DNA from: Bacteriophage P2
Sequence record: NC_001895.1
DNA: 33,593 nucleotides
Strand: one strand, 5' to 3'
Shown here in pieces: positions 17,652-27,021 of this stretch. Every line of letters begins with the position of its first letter. The stretch's first letter is position 1. Made by a program: the position numbers and the translations under genes. The notes below the pieces were generated by a model, which was not told the DNA's origin, did no database searches, and was given only the letters and a program-made list of their open reading frames with translations.

Positions 17652-18842
17652 ATGAGTGACTATCATCACGGCGTGCAGGTGCTGGAGATTAACGAGGGCA
17701 CCCGCGTCATTTCCACCGTATCCACGGCCATTGTCGGCATGGTCTGCACGGCCAGCGATGCAGATGCGGAAACCTTCCCCCTCAATAAACCTGTGCTGAT
17801 TACCAATGTGCAGAGCGCAATTTCAAAGGCCGGTAAAAAAGGCACGCTGGCGGCATCGTTGCAGGCCATCGCTGACCAGTCAAAACCGGTCACCGTTGTC
17901 ATGCGCGTGGAAGACGGCACCGGTGATGACGAGGAAACGAAACTCGCGCAGACCGTTTCCAATATCATCGGCACCACCGATGAAAACGGTCAGTACACCG
18001 GACTAAAAGCCATGCTGGCGGCGGAGTCGGTAACCGGTGTTAAACCGCGTATTCTCGGCGTGCCGGGACTGGATACCAAAGAGGTGGCTGTTGCACTGGC
18101 ATCAGTCTGTCAGAAGCTGCGTGCTTTCGGGTATATCAGCGCATGGGGCTGTAAAACCATTTCCGAGGTGAAAGCCTATCGTCAGAATTTCAGCCAGCGT
18201 GAGCTGATGGTCATCTGGCCGGATTTCCTCGCATGGGATACGGTCACCAGTACCACCGCCACCGCGTATGCCACCGCCCGTGCGCTGGGGCTGCGCGCTA
18301 AAATCGACCAGGAGCAGGGCTGGCATAAAACGCTGTCCAATGTCGGGGTGAACGGTGTTACCGGCATCAGCGCATCTGTATTCTGGGATTTGCAGGAGTC
18401 CGGCACCGATGCTGACCTGCTTAACGAGTCAGGCGTCACTACGCTGATTCGCCGCGACGGTTTCCGCTTCTGGGGTAACCGTACCTGCTCTGATGACCCG
18501 CTGTTCCTCTTTGAAAACTACACCCGCACCGCGCAGGTCGTGGCCGACACGATGGCTGAGGCGCACATGTGGGCGGTGGACAAGCCCATCACTGCAACGC
18601 TGATTCGCGACATCGTTGACGGCATCAATGCCAAATTCCGTGAGCTGAAAACAAACGGCTATATCGTGGATGCGACCTGCTGGTTCAGCGAAGAATCCAA
18701 CGATGCGGAAACCCTCAAGGCCGGAAAACTGTATATCGACTACGACTATACACCGGTGCCTCCTCTCGAAAACCTGACCCTGCGCCAGCGTATTACCGAT
18801 AAATACCTGGCAAATCTGGTCACCTCGGTTAACAGCAATTAA
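17652..18842 (+). CDS. FI: Contractile tail sheath protein
   Basis: 396-aa ORF; expected position and length. Confidence 0.9.
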   Translation: MSDYHHGVQVLEINEGTRVISTVSTAIVGMVCTASDADAETFPLNKPVLITNVQSAISKAGKKGTLAASLQAIADQSKPVTVVMRVEDGTGDDEETKLAQTVSNIIGTTDENGQYTGLKAMLAAESVTGVKPRILGVPGLDTKEVAVALASVCQKLRAFGYISAWGCKTISEVKAYRQNFSQRELMVIWPDFLAWDTVTSTTATAYATARALGLRAKIDQEQGWHKTLSNVGVNGVTGISASVFWDLQESGTDADLLNESGVTTLIRRDGFRFWGNRTCSDDPLFLFENYTRTAQVVADTMAEAHMWAVDKPITATLIRDIVDGINAKFRELKTNGYIVDATCWFSEESNDAETLKAGKLYIDYDYTPVPPLENLTLRQRITDKYLANLVTSVNSN

Positions 18843-18854
18843 GGAGCCTGACCG

Positions 18855-19373
18855 ATGGCAATGCCGCGCAAACTCAAGTTAATGAACGTCTTTCTGAACG
18901 GCTACAGCTATCAGGGCGTTGCAAAGTCCGTCACGCTGCCAAAACTGACCCGTAAGCTCGAAAACTATCGCGGTGCGGGGATGAACGGCAGCGCACCGGT
19001 AGACCTCGGCCTTGATGACGATGCGCTGTCAATGGAGTGGTCGCTCGGTGGCTTCCCGGATTCGGTTATCTGGGAGCTTTACGCCGCAACCGGTGTGGAT
19101 GCCGTGCCGATTCGTTTTGCAGGCTCTTACCAGCGCGACGATACCGGCGAAACGGTGGCCGTCGAAGTGGTCATGCGTGGACGTCAGAAAGAAATCGACA
19201 CCGGCGAGGGTAAACAGGGAGAAGACACTGAGTCGAAAATCTCCGTGGTCTGCACCTATTTCCGGCTGACGATGGACGGTAAGGAGCTGGTCGAAATTGA
19301 CACCATCAACATGATTGAGAAGGTGAACGGCGTCGATCGGCTGGAGCAACACCGCCGCAATATCGGCCTGTGA
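18855..19373 (+). CDS. FII: Tail tube protein
   Basis: 172-aa ORF following the sheath gene. Confidence 0.9.
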   Translation: MAMPRKLKLMNVFLNGYSYQGVAKSVTLPKLTRKLENYRGAGMNGSAPVDLGLDDDALSMEWSLGGFPDSVIWELYAATGVDAVPIRFAGSYQRDDTGETVAVEVVMRGRQKEIDTGEGKQGEDTESKISVVCTYFRLTMDGKELVEIDTINMIEKVNGVDRLEQHRRNIGL

Positions 19374-19429
19374 TTTTCATCCGGTCAGCCTGGCTGGCCG
19401 GTTAACCCTGATTCAGAAGTGAGAAAACC

Positions 19430-19705
19430 ATGAACAAAGAAAATGTCATTACCCTGGACAATCCGGTCAAACGTGGTGAGCAGGTTATCGAACAGGTCAC
19501 GCTGATGAAACCCAGTGCCGGGACGCTACGCGGTGTCAGTCTGGCTGCGGTTGCAAACTCCGAAGTCGATGCACTGATTAAGGTGCTGCCGCGCATGACG
19601 GCACCGATGCTGACCGAGCAGGAAGTCGCCGCGCTGGAACTGCCTGACCTTGTGGCGCTGGCCGGTAAGGTGGTCGGTTTTTTGTCGCCGAACTCGGTGC
19701 AGTGA
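19430..19705 (+). CDS. E: Tail assembly chaperone E
   Basis: 91-aa ORF between tube and tape measure genes; contains slippery GGTTTTTTG near its 3' end. Confidence 0.85.
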   Translation: MNKENVITLDNPVKRGEQVIEQVTLMKPSAGTLRGVSLAAVANSEVDALIKVLPRMTAPMLTEQEVAALELPDLVALAGKVVGFLSPNSVQ

Positions 19706-19857
19706 CGTTTCCGAAAAATCTCTCGGTCGATGACCTGATGGCGGATGTGGCAGTGATATTTCACTGGCCGCCATCAGAACTGTATCCCATGAGCCTGACC
19801 GAACTCATCACATGGCGCGAAAAGGCGCTCCGGCGAAGCGGAAACACGAATGAGTAA
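19430..19857 (+). CDS. E': E+E' fusion produced by programmed -1 translational frameshift (about 142 aa)
   Basis: T6-G slippery run at 19678-19684; the -1 frame is open from the slip site to TAA at 19855-19857 (…FPKNLSVDDLMADVAVIFHWPPSELYPMSLTELITWREKALRRSGNTNE), ending overlapped with the T start. Confidence 0.8.
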
Positions 19858-22297
19858 CAATGTAAAATTACAGGTATTGCTCAGGGCTGTTGACCAGGCA
19901 TCCCGCCCGTTTAAATCCATCCGCACAGCGAGCAAGTCGCTGTCGGGGGATATCCGGGAAACACAAAAATCACTGCGCGAGCTGAACGGTCACGCATCCC
20001 GTATTGAGGGATTCCGCAAGACCAGTGCACAGCTCGCCGTGACTGGTCATGCACTTGAAAAGGCACGGCAGGAGGCCGAAGCCCTTGCCACACAGTTTAA
20101 AAACACCGAACGTCCGACCCGTGCTCAGGCGAAAGTCCTGGAATCCGCAAAGCGTGCGGCGGAGGACTTACAGGCGAAATATAACCGCCTGACAGATTCC
20201 GTTAAACGCCAGCAGCGGGAACTGGCCGCTGTGGGAATTAATACCCGCAATCTTGCACATGATGAGCAGGGACTGAAAAACCGTATCAGTGAAACCACCG
20301 CACAGCTTAACCGTCAGCGTGATGCGCTGGTGCGTGTCAGTGCGCAACAGGCAAAACTTAACGCAGTAAAACAGCGTTATCAGGCCGGAAAGGAACTGGC
20401 CGGAAATATGGCCTCAGTGGGCGCTGCCGGTGTGGGGATTGCGGCGGCGGGAACGATGGCCGGTGTTAAGCTACTGATGCCCGGTTATGAGTTTGCGCAG
20501 AAAAACTCAGAATTACAGGCTGTGATCGGAGTGGCAAAAGACTCCGCCGAAATGGCCGCACTCCGCAAGCAGGCGCGCCAGCTCGGCGACAATACCGCCG
20601 CCTCGGCAGATGATGCAGCCGGTGCGCAGATTATTATTGCGAAAGCCGGTGGGGATGTTGATGCCATTCAGGCGGCAACGCCGGTCACGCTGAACATGGC
20701 GCTGGCGAACCGTCGCACAATGGAAGAAAACGCCGCCCTGCTGATGGGGATGAAATCCGCCTTTCAGCTTTCAAACGATAAGGTCGCTCATATCGGGGAT
20801 GTTCTCTCCATGACGATGAACAAAACCGCCGCCGATTTTGACGGCATGAGCGATGCGCTGACCTATGCCGCACCTGTGGCAAAAAATGCCGGTGTCAGCA
20901 TTGAAGAAACCGCCGCAATGGTCGGGGCGCTGCATGATGCAAAAATCACAGGCTCAATGGCGGGGACGGGAAGCCGTGCCGTGTTAAGCCGCCTGCAGGC
21001 ACCGACGGGAAAAGCATGGGATGCACTCAAAGAGCTTGGAGTGAAAACCTCAGACAGCAAAGGAAACACCCGGCCAATATTTACCATTCTGAAAGAAATG
21101 CAGGCCAGTTTTGAGAAAAACCGGCTCGGTACTGCCCAGCAGGCTGAATACATGAAAACTATTTTCGGGGAGGAGGCCAGCTCAGCCGCTGCCGTGCTGA
21201 TGACTGCCGCCTCAACCGGAAAGCTGGACAAACTGACCGCTGCGTTTAAAGCCTCAGACGGGAAGACCGCCGAGCTGGTAAATATCATGCAGGACAACCT
21301 AGGCGGTGACTTTAAAGCGTTTCAGTCCGCTTATGAGGCGGTGGGGACTGACCTGTTTGACCAGCAGGAAGGCGCGCTGCGTAAGCTCACGCAGACGGCC
21401 ACAAAGTATGTGTTAAAACTCGACGGCTGGATACAGAAAAACAAATCACTGGCGTCAACCATCGGCATCATTGCCGGCGGTGCACTGGCGCTTACTGGCA
21501 TCATCGGTGCCATTGGCCTCGTAGCCTGGCCGGTTATCACCGGCATCAATGCCATCATCGCGGCAGCAGGCGCAATGGGGGCAGTCTTCACGACGGTTGG
21601 CAGTGCTGTTATGACCGCCATCGGGGCTATTAGCTGGCCGGTTGTGGCCGTGGTGGCTGCCATTGTCGCCGGTGCGTTGCTTATCCGTAAATACTGGGAG
21701 CCTGTCAGCGCATTCTTTGGTGGTGTGGTTGAAGGGCTGAAAGCGGCATTTGCGCCGGTGGGGGAACTGTTCACGCCACTTAAACCGGTTTTTGACTGGC
21801 TGGGCGAAAAGTTACAGGCCGCGTGGCAGTGGTTTAAAAACCTGATTGCCCCGGTCAAAGCCACCCAGGACACCCTGAACCGTTGCCGTGACACGGGCGT
21901 CATGTTCGGGCAGGCACTGGCTGACGCGTTGATGCTGCCGCTTAATGCGTTCAACAAACTGCGCAGTGGTATTGACTGGGTACTGGAAAAACTCGGTGTT
22001 ATCAACAAAGAGTCAGACACACTTGACCAGACCGCCGCCAGAACTCATACCGCCACGTATGGTACCGGTGACTATATTCCGGCGACCAGCTCTTATGCAG
22101 GCTATCAGGCTTATCAGCCGGTCACGGCACCGGCTGGCCGCTCTTATGTAGACCAGAGTAAAAACGAATATCACATCAGCCTGACGGGGGGGACTGCGCC
22201 GGGGACACAGCTTGACCGCCAGTTACAGGATGCGCTCGAAAAATACGAGCGGGATAAACGTGCGCGCGCCCGTGCCAGCATGATGCATGACGGTTAA
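19850..22297 (+). CDS. T: Tail tape measure protein
   Basis: 815-aa ORF with coiled-coil N-terminal half and Gly/Ala-rich hydrophobic central segment; expected position. Confidence 0.9.
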   Translation: MSNNVKLQVLLRAVDQASRPFKSIRTASKSLSGDIRETQKSLRELNGHASRIEGFRKTSAQLAVTGHALEKARQEAEALATQFKNTERPTRAQAKVLESAKRAAEDLQAKYNRLTDSVKRQQRELAAVGINTRNLAHDEQGLKNRISETTAQLNRQRDALVRVSAQQAKLNAVKQRYQAGKELAGNMASVGAAGVGIAAAGTMAGVKLLMPGYEFAQKNSELQAVIGVAKDSAEMAALRKQARQLGDNTAASADDAAGAQIIIAKAGGDVDAIQAATPVTLNMALANRRTMEENAALLMGMKSAFQLSNDKVAHIGDVLSMTMNKTAADFDGMSDALTYAAPVAKNAGVSIEETAAMVGALHDAKITGSMAGTGSRAVLSRLQAPTGKAWDALKELGVKTSDSKGNTRPIFTILKEMQASFEKNRLGTAQQAEYMKTIFGEEASSAAAVLMTAASTGKLDKLTAAFKASDGKTAELVNIMQDNLGGDFKAFQSAYEAVGTDLFDQQEGALRKLTQTATKYVLKLDGWIQKNKSLASTIGIIAGGALALTGIIGAIGLVAWPVITGINAIIAAAGAMGAVFTTVGSAVMTAIGAISWPVVAVVAAIVAGALLIRKYWEPVSAFFGGVVEGLKAAFAPVGELFTPLKPVFDWLGEKLQAAWQWFKNLIAPVKATQDTLNRCRDTGVMFGQALADALMLPLNAFNKLRSGIDWVLEKLGVINKESDTLDQTAARTHTATYGTGDYIPATSSYAGYQAYQPVTAPAGRSYVDQSKNEYHISLTGGTAPGTQLDRQLQDALEKYERDKRARARASMMHDG

Positions 22298-22311
22298 GGA
22301 GGTGACGAAAA

Positions 22312-22791
22312 ATGATGCTCGCGTTAGGTATGTTTGTTTTTATGCGCCAGACGCTGCCACACCAGACCATGCAGCGTGAATCAGATTATCGCTGGCCGTC
22401 AAATTCCCGTATCGGTAAACGGGATGCCTTTCAGTTTCTCGGTGTGGGTGAGGAAAACATCACGCTGGCCGGTGTGCTTTATCCCGAACTGACCGGCGGC
22501 AAGCTGACGATGACCACGCTCAGGCTGATGGCAGAGGAGGGGCGGGCGTGGCCGTTGCTGGATGGCACCGGCATGATTTACGGCATGTATGTCATCAGCA
22601 GGGTGAGTGAAACAGGGAGTATTTTCTTTGCAGACGGCACACCCCGGAAAATTGATTTTACGCTGTCACTCACCCGCGTTGATGAATCACTGGCCGCGCT
22701 TTATGGCGATATCGGTAAACAGGCGGAATCGCTCATCGGTAAGGCCGGCAGTATGGCGACCAGATTCACAGGTATGACGGGGGCGGGATAA
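22312..22791 (+). CDS. U: Tail protein U
   Basis: 159-aa ORF with AAGGAGG RBS; expected position and length. Confidence 0.85.
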   Translation: MMLALGMFVFMRQTLPHQTMQRESDYRWPSNSRIGKRDAFQFLGVGEENITLAGVLYPELTGGKLTMTTLRLMAEEGRAWPLLDGTGMIYGMYVISRVSETGSIFFADGTPRKIDFTLSLTRVDESLAALYGDIGKQAESLIGKAGSMATRFTGMTGAG

Positions 22792-23954
22792 TGCTGGATG
22801 CGCTGACATTTGATGCAGGCAGTACGCTGACGCCGGATTACATGCTGATGCTCGACAGCAGGGATATTACCGGCAATATCAGCGACCGTCTGATGAGCAT
22901 GACCCTGACGGATAACCGGGGCTTTGAGGCTGACCAGCTTGATATTGAACTGAACGATGCCGACGGGCAGGTCGGGCTGCCGGTTCGTGGCGCTGTCCTG
23001 ACGGTGTATATCGGCTGGAAAGGTTTTGCCCTGGTATGCAAAGGGAAATTTACCGTTGATGAGGTTGAACACCGGGGCGCACCGGATGTAGTCACCATCC
23101 GCGCCCGGAGTGCAGATTTTCGCGGGACGCTCAATTCCCGCCGGGAAGGCTCCTGGCATGACACCACGCTCGGTGCGATTGTTAAGGCGATAGCCACCCG
23201 TAACAGGCTGGAAGCCAGTGTCGCTCCGTCACTGGCCGGAATAAAAATTCCACACATCGACCAGTCGCAGGAGTCTGATGCGAAATTCCTGACCCGTCTT
23301 GCAGAACGCAACGGCGGTGAGGTGTCGGTAAAAATGGGAAAACTGTTGTTTCTCAAAGCGGGGCAGGGAGTGACGGCCAGCGGTAAAAAAATCCCGCAGG
23401 TCACCATAACCCGCAGCGACGGCGACCGCCATCATTTTGCGATTGCTGACCGTGGAGCCTACACCGGTGTAACGGCAAAATGGCTACACACTAAAGACCC
23501 GAAGCCGCAAAAGCAGAAGGTAAAACTGAAACGCAAAAAGAAAGAGAAACACCTGCGCGCACTGGAGCACCCGAAAGCGAAACCGGTCAGGCAGAAGAAA
23601 GCGCCTAAAGTACCGGAAGCGCGTGAAGGTGAATACATGGCCGGTGAGGCTGACAACGTTTTTGCCCTGACCACGGTATATGCCACGAAAGCGCAGGCCA
23701 TGCGCGCCGCTCAGGCGAAGTGGGATAAACTGCAACGGGGCGTTGCGGAGTTCTCTATCAGCCTGGCTACCGGTCGGGCAGATATTTACACGGAAACACC
23801 GGTCAAAGTGTCTGGCTTTAAGCGCGTCATAGACGAGCAGGACTGGACAATCACTAAGGTGACACATTTTCTGAATAATAGCGGCTTCACGACGTCCTTA
23901 GAGCTTGAGGTCAGGCTTTCTGATGTGGAGTACGAAACAGAAGATGATGAGTGA
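22791..23954 (+). CDS. D: Tail protein D (late gene D)
   Basis: 387-aa ORF overlapping the U stop; contains a Lys-rich low-complexity insert. Confidence 0.85.
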   Translation: MLDALTFDAGSTLTPDYMLMLDSRDITGNISDRLMSMTLTDNRGFEADQLDIELNDADGQVGLPVRGAVLTVYIGWKGFALVCKGKFTVDEVEHRGAPDVVTIRARSADFRGTLNSRREGSWHDTTLGAIVKAIATRNRLEASVAPSLAGIKIPHIDQSQESDAKFLTRLAERNGGEVSVKMGKLLFLKAGQGVTASGKKIPQVTITRSDGDRHHFAIADRGAYTGVTAKWLHTKDPKPQKQKVKLKRKKKEKHLRALEHPKAKPVRQKKAPKVPEAREGEYMAGEADNVFALTTVYATKAQAMRAAQAKWDKLQRGVAEFSISLATGRADIYTETPVKVSGFKRVIDEQDWTITKVTHFLNNSGFTTSLELEVRLSDVEYETEDDE

Positions 23955-24035
23955 TGTTTTTGTTTTATCTGTTTGTTTTGTAAGGATAAATTAACTAAAA
24001 TGGCACCATCAACAAAACCGGAAGAGGTGCTCGCG

Positions 24036-24254
24036 ATGTTTCATTGTCCTTTATGCCAGCATGCCGCACATGCGCGTACAAGTCGCTATATCACTGACAC
24101 GACAAAAGAGCGTTATCATCAGTGCCAGAACGTGAATTGCAGCGCCACGTTCATCACTTATGAGTCGGTACAGCGATACATCGTGAAGCCGGGAGAAGTC
24201 CACGCCGTAAGGCCGCACCCGTTGCCATCAGGGCAGCAAATTATGTGGATGTAA
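24036..24254 (+). CDS. ogr: Late-gene transcription activator, Cys4 zinc finger
   Basis: ATG 24036 gives 72 aa (MFHCPLCQHAAH...CQNVNC...); C-x2-C ... C-x4-C motif; position between D and attP. Confidence 0.85.
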   Translation: MFHCPLCQHAAHARTSRYITDTTKERYHQCQNVNCSATFITYESVQRYIVKPGEVHAVRPHPLPSGQQIMWM

Positions 24255-24264
24255 TTACAAACAG

Positions 24265-24291
24265 AAAGCCCCTCAGTCGAGGGGCTTTTTT
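24265..24291 (+). terminator. Rho-independent terminator after ogr
   Basis: Stem AGCCCCTC (24267-24274) / GAGGGGCT (24279-24286), 4-nt loop AGTC, followed by T-run 24286-24291. Confidence 0.75.
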
Positions 24292-24293
24292 GT

Positions 24294-24490
24294 CGATGTG
24301 GTCAATGTGTGGACGTGACCAGAAATAAATCCTTTTATTTCAATTTATTGTACGTAAAAAATAAGCCCGTGTAAGGGAGATTTAGGGTGTCACCAGTAGG
24401 GGCTTTCAACGGTACAATGCGGGTTTGAGCGGCATAAATTACCACTGAAAGCCCTTAAACGTTACTCTACTGTGGACACTGTGTGGACAC
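24294..24490. other. attP: Phage attachment site attP: core around 24356-24382 flanked by arm-type integrase binding repeats
   Basis: Core AAAAAATAAGCCCGTGTAAGGGAGATT at 24356-24382; direct repeats TGTGGACA at 24471 and 24483 and related TGTGGACG/TGTGGTCA at 24308/24297; right-arm repeats overlap the 3' end of int. Confidence 0.7.
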
Positions 24491-25475
24491 TCTCGGCCTC
24501 AGTACCACCTCTTAGCGGATTAAGAGAAATGGCGTCCTGAAGGTACTCTGGCGCAAAATGAGCGTAAACCATAGTTTGCTCAATCCGCGTGTGACCTAGT
24601 ATCCGTTGTAGCGTGATAATACTTCCTCCATTAATCATGAAATGAGTGGCAAAGCTGTGCCTTAGTGCATGTGTGGCTTGCCCCATTGGCAAATCCGGTT
24701 TTATTGCTTTCATTGTTCGTCTGAAGCGAGGGTAATCAGCATCAGGGAATAAAAAACCTCGTTTGTTATCCGCGATCATTTTGGCAACAGCCTCTGAGAT
24801 CGGGACGGTGCGTGGTTTGTTTGTTTTCGTTTTAACAAACGTGACGCGGTTATGGATGATATTTTCTGCTTTCAAACGAGCTGCTTCTCCCCAACGTGCT
24901 CCTGTACTCAGGCAAAGAATCGCAATCTTTTTATTGTCGCCGTCAAGTGCTGCAAGCAGTAAGGCAATTTCTTCCTGTGTTAGATAGCCTGTTTCTGGTT
25001 TTTCCTCCTTAAGCCTTTTTGTCCCTCTGATAGGGTGCTCACCAAAGAATAACTCCGCTTCAATCAGGGCTGTAAACATGCCGCTAATACATGTTAAATC
25101 ACGATTGATACTCGAAGGTTTAATACCCTGACTTCTTCGGGTGGCGCAGTACTGGCTGATAAGCGATTTCGTAATTTGAAATGCGCATGGGTCATTCGTT
25201 ATTTTTGTGAAGATTTCAATTTTTCCAAGATTAGATTTCCCATGCTCTTCGTGTTTACCCTTTAAATCCCACCAGATCTGTGTCAGCTCCGACAGACGTC
25301 GCTTGTCTGTTGGTTTTGATAGCCATTCTTTATTGTGGTGGTTGTACAACGTGTATTTCTCGAAAGCGACAGCTTCGCTTTTCTTATCAAACTTCCTACG
25401 GATGCGTTTTCCATTACGTCCAGTAGGGCGGATGTCCACTTCATATCGACCATCATCGAGTTTTTTGATTGCCAT
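24462..25475 (-). CDS. int: Tyrosine integrase
   Basis: 337-aa ORF, ATG at 25473-25475 with GGAGGG RBS; C-terminal catalytic signature ...HALRHSFATHF...LGHTRIEQTMVYAHF. Confidence 0.9.
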   Translation of the reverse strand: MAIKKLDDGRYEVDIRPTGRNGKRIRRKFDKKSEAVAFEKYTLYNHHNKEWLSKPTDKRRLSELTQIWWDLKGKHEEHGKSNLGKIEIFTKITNDPCAFQITKSLISQYCATRRSQGIKPSSINRDLTCISGMFTALIEAELFFGEHPIRGTKRLKEEKPETGYLTQEEIALLLAALDGDNKKIAILCLSTGARWGEAARLKAENIIHNRVTFVKTKTNKPRTVPISEAVAKMIADNKRGFLFPDADYPRFRRTMKAIKPDLPMGQATHALRHSFATHFMINGGSIITLQRILGHTRIEQTMVYAHFAPEYLQDAISLNPLRGGTEAESVHTVSTVE

Positions 25476-25590
25476 CAGAAAACCCTCCGAGTGGTGTGTT
25501 TTTTTGCGACTACTAATCGCTTTTTTCGTGGTGGCTGAAATTTAGCCACCAATAGTAGGCACTTGTGATGAATATATTCACGATGAATTG

Positions 25591-25890
25591 TTAACCAGTC
25601 TTTTGACCGGAGTGGGGCGACGTTGTTTCGTTTTGCCCAAAGTGTGCGAGAGCGGGCGCAATTTGCCCGGACTCAGGAGCGATCTGATTGGTCATGAACC
25701 ATAAAGTGTATTTGGTGAATTGTGGGGTCTGCAGGATGTTCATCATGACATCTGTTGGAGGTGTTGAACGACCACTTTCATAGTAACTCAGCGTGCCATA
25801 CGGAACCCCTGTTAAATCAGCAAGTTGTTGTCTGCTCAAATACTCTGATTTTCGCATTAAGACTATCTTCTCGCTTATCGTGTTTGACAT
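25591..25890 (-). CDS. C: Immunity repressor C (helix-turn-helix)
   Basis: 99-aa ORF with HTH-like segment LSRQQLADLTGVPYGTLSYYESG; divergent from cox. Confidence 0.85.
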   Translation of the reverse strand: MSNTISEKIVLMRKSEYLSRQQLADLTGVPYGTLSYYESGRSTPPTDVMMNILQTPQFTKYTLWFMTNQIAPESGQIAPALAHFGQNETTSPHSGQKTG

Positions 25891-26004
25891 GGTGTTTAGA
25901 TCTCAATAGTATTTAGTTTAGATGTAGATTGTTTAGTGCTTGGATGTGGGCACTAAAAGGCATTATAAGACATTAAACGCAATTCATGAGGGCTAGAGGA
26001 CGAC
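25891..26004. promoter_or_regulatory. Divergent early/repressor promoter region with directly repeated operator half-sites
   Basis: Direct repeats GTTTAGAT at 25894 and 25916 (22 bp apart) plus a third related copy TGTTTAGTG near 25930, between divergent C and cox. Confidence 0.65.
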
Positions 26005-26280
26005 ATGAGCAAGCAAGTAACACTCATGACTGATGCGATTCCTTATCAGGAGTTCGCAAAACTAATAGGAAAATCGACAGGAGCGGTTCGTCGGATGATC
26101 GATAAAGGAAAGCTGCCTGTAATTGATATGACCGATCCACAATCAGCTTCAGGTCGTGCAGGTGAATATTGGGTATACCTTCCGGCATGGAATAACGGAC
26201 TAAAACTGGCTTATGAAAGCCGCCCTAAAGAGATTCGTGACGGCTGGTTGATGTGGTTAGGTCTCGGTGAACCACGTTAA
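26005..26280 (+). CDS. cox: Cox: excisionase / directionality factor and repressor of the C promoter
   Basis: 91-aa first gene of the rightward early operon, opposite C. Confidence 0.85.
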   Translation: MSKQVTLMTDAIPYQEFAKLIGKSTGAVRRMIDKGKLPVIDMTDPQSASGRAGEYWVYLPAWNNGLKLAYESRPKEIRDGWLMWLGLGEPR

Positions 26281-26290
26281 GGAGAACCGT

Positions 26291-26461
26291 ATGAATGAGC
26301 CTCGTTGTATTGCTCAGTTACTGCGTAACGAAAGCCCCAGGGCGATTGACTTCACCATCACCCACGGTAAGGGGCGTAAGGGAATCATTATCCGCACCAA
26401 AAAACAGAGTCCGTTAAAAAAGGCTCTGACCTTTCTGAAAAGCCGGAGGGTATGGAAATGA
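26291..26461 (+). CDS. Small early protein of unknown function (P2 orf78 position)
   Basis: ORF track starts at a GTG (26267); ATG 26291 with AAGGAGAA RBS gives 56 aa. Confidence 0.6.
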   Translation: MNEPRCIAQLLRNESPRAIDFTITHGKGRKGIIIRTKKQSPLKKALTFLKSRRVWK

Positions 26462-26958
26462 CAGTGATGACGCTCAATCTCGTTGAAAAACAGCCAGCAG
26501 CTATGCGCCGGATAATTGGTAAGCATCTTGCCGTTCCTCGCTGGCAGGATACATGTGATTATTATAATCAGATGATGGAGCGCGAACGGTTAACGGTTTG
26601 CTTCCATGCTCAGTTAAAACAGCGTCACGCAACGATGTGTTTTGAAGAAATGAACGACGTCGAACGTGAACGACTGGTATGTGCAATTGATGAATTGCGT
26701 GGTGCATTCTCAAAACGCCGTCAGGTTGGCGCAAGTGAGTATGCATATATTAGTTTTTTAACAGTCAGTCAGCGTCGTACTTTATTTATGCATGCCGGAT
26801 TGACTGAAAAAGAATTCAACCAGCCATACTGGCGAATTAATGAAGAGTCATGTTACTGGCGTGATGCTTTATTCCGTGCATTACGTGAATTATTCAGTCT
26901 GTTTGAGTATGCACCGACAATTCTGACGTCGGTAAAACCGGAGCAATATCTGCATTAA
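26458..26958 (+). CDS. B: Replication protein B (helicase-loader-like, needed for lagging strand synthesis)
   Basis: ATG 26458 has better RBS spacing (GGAGGG 26445-26450) than 26452 and gives 166 aa; position before the replication initiator. Confidence 0.8.
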   Translation: MTVMTLNLVEKQPAAMRRIIGKHLAVPRWQDTCDYYNQMMERERLTVCFHAQLKQRHATMCFEEMNDVERERLVCAIDELRGAFSKRRQVGASEYAYISFLTVSQRRTLFMHAGLTEKEFNQPYWRINEESCYWRDALFRALRELFSLFEYAPTILTSVKPEQYLH

Positions 26959-27021
26959 GTAATTAACCAGAGTTTTTAACGCACTTAATTGTGCGGGGCT
27001 TCTTTTTGCCTGGAGAAAGTT

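Noticed and set aside
21331-22020. 229-aa minus-strand ORF inside the tape measure gene
   Set aside because: Antisense to the Ala/Gly-rich tape measure region, giving a low-complexity Ala/Ser/Pro/Thr-rich translation; no start signals.
22838-23867. Minus-strand ORFs (189 aa, 127 aa, 80 aa) within tail gene D
   Set aside because: Antisense to D, including its Lys-rich segment, which reads as a Phe/Leu-rich artefact on the opposite strand.
24294-24490. Short TGTGGACA-type repeats as a possible CRISPR array
   Set aside because: Only a few 8-bp copies with irregular spacing and no repeat-spacer periodicity; consistent with integrase arm sites instead.
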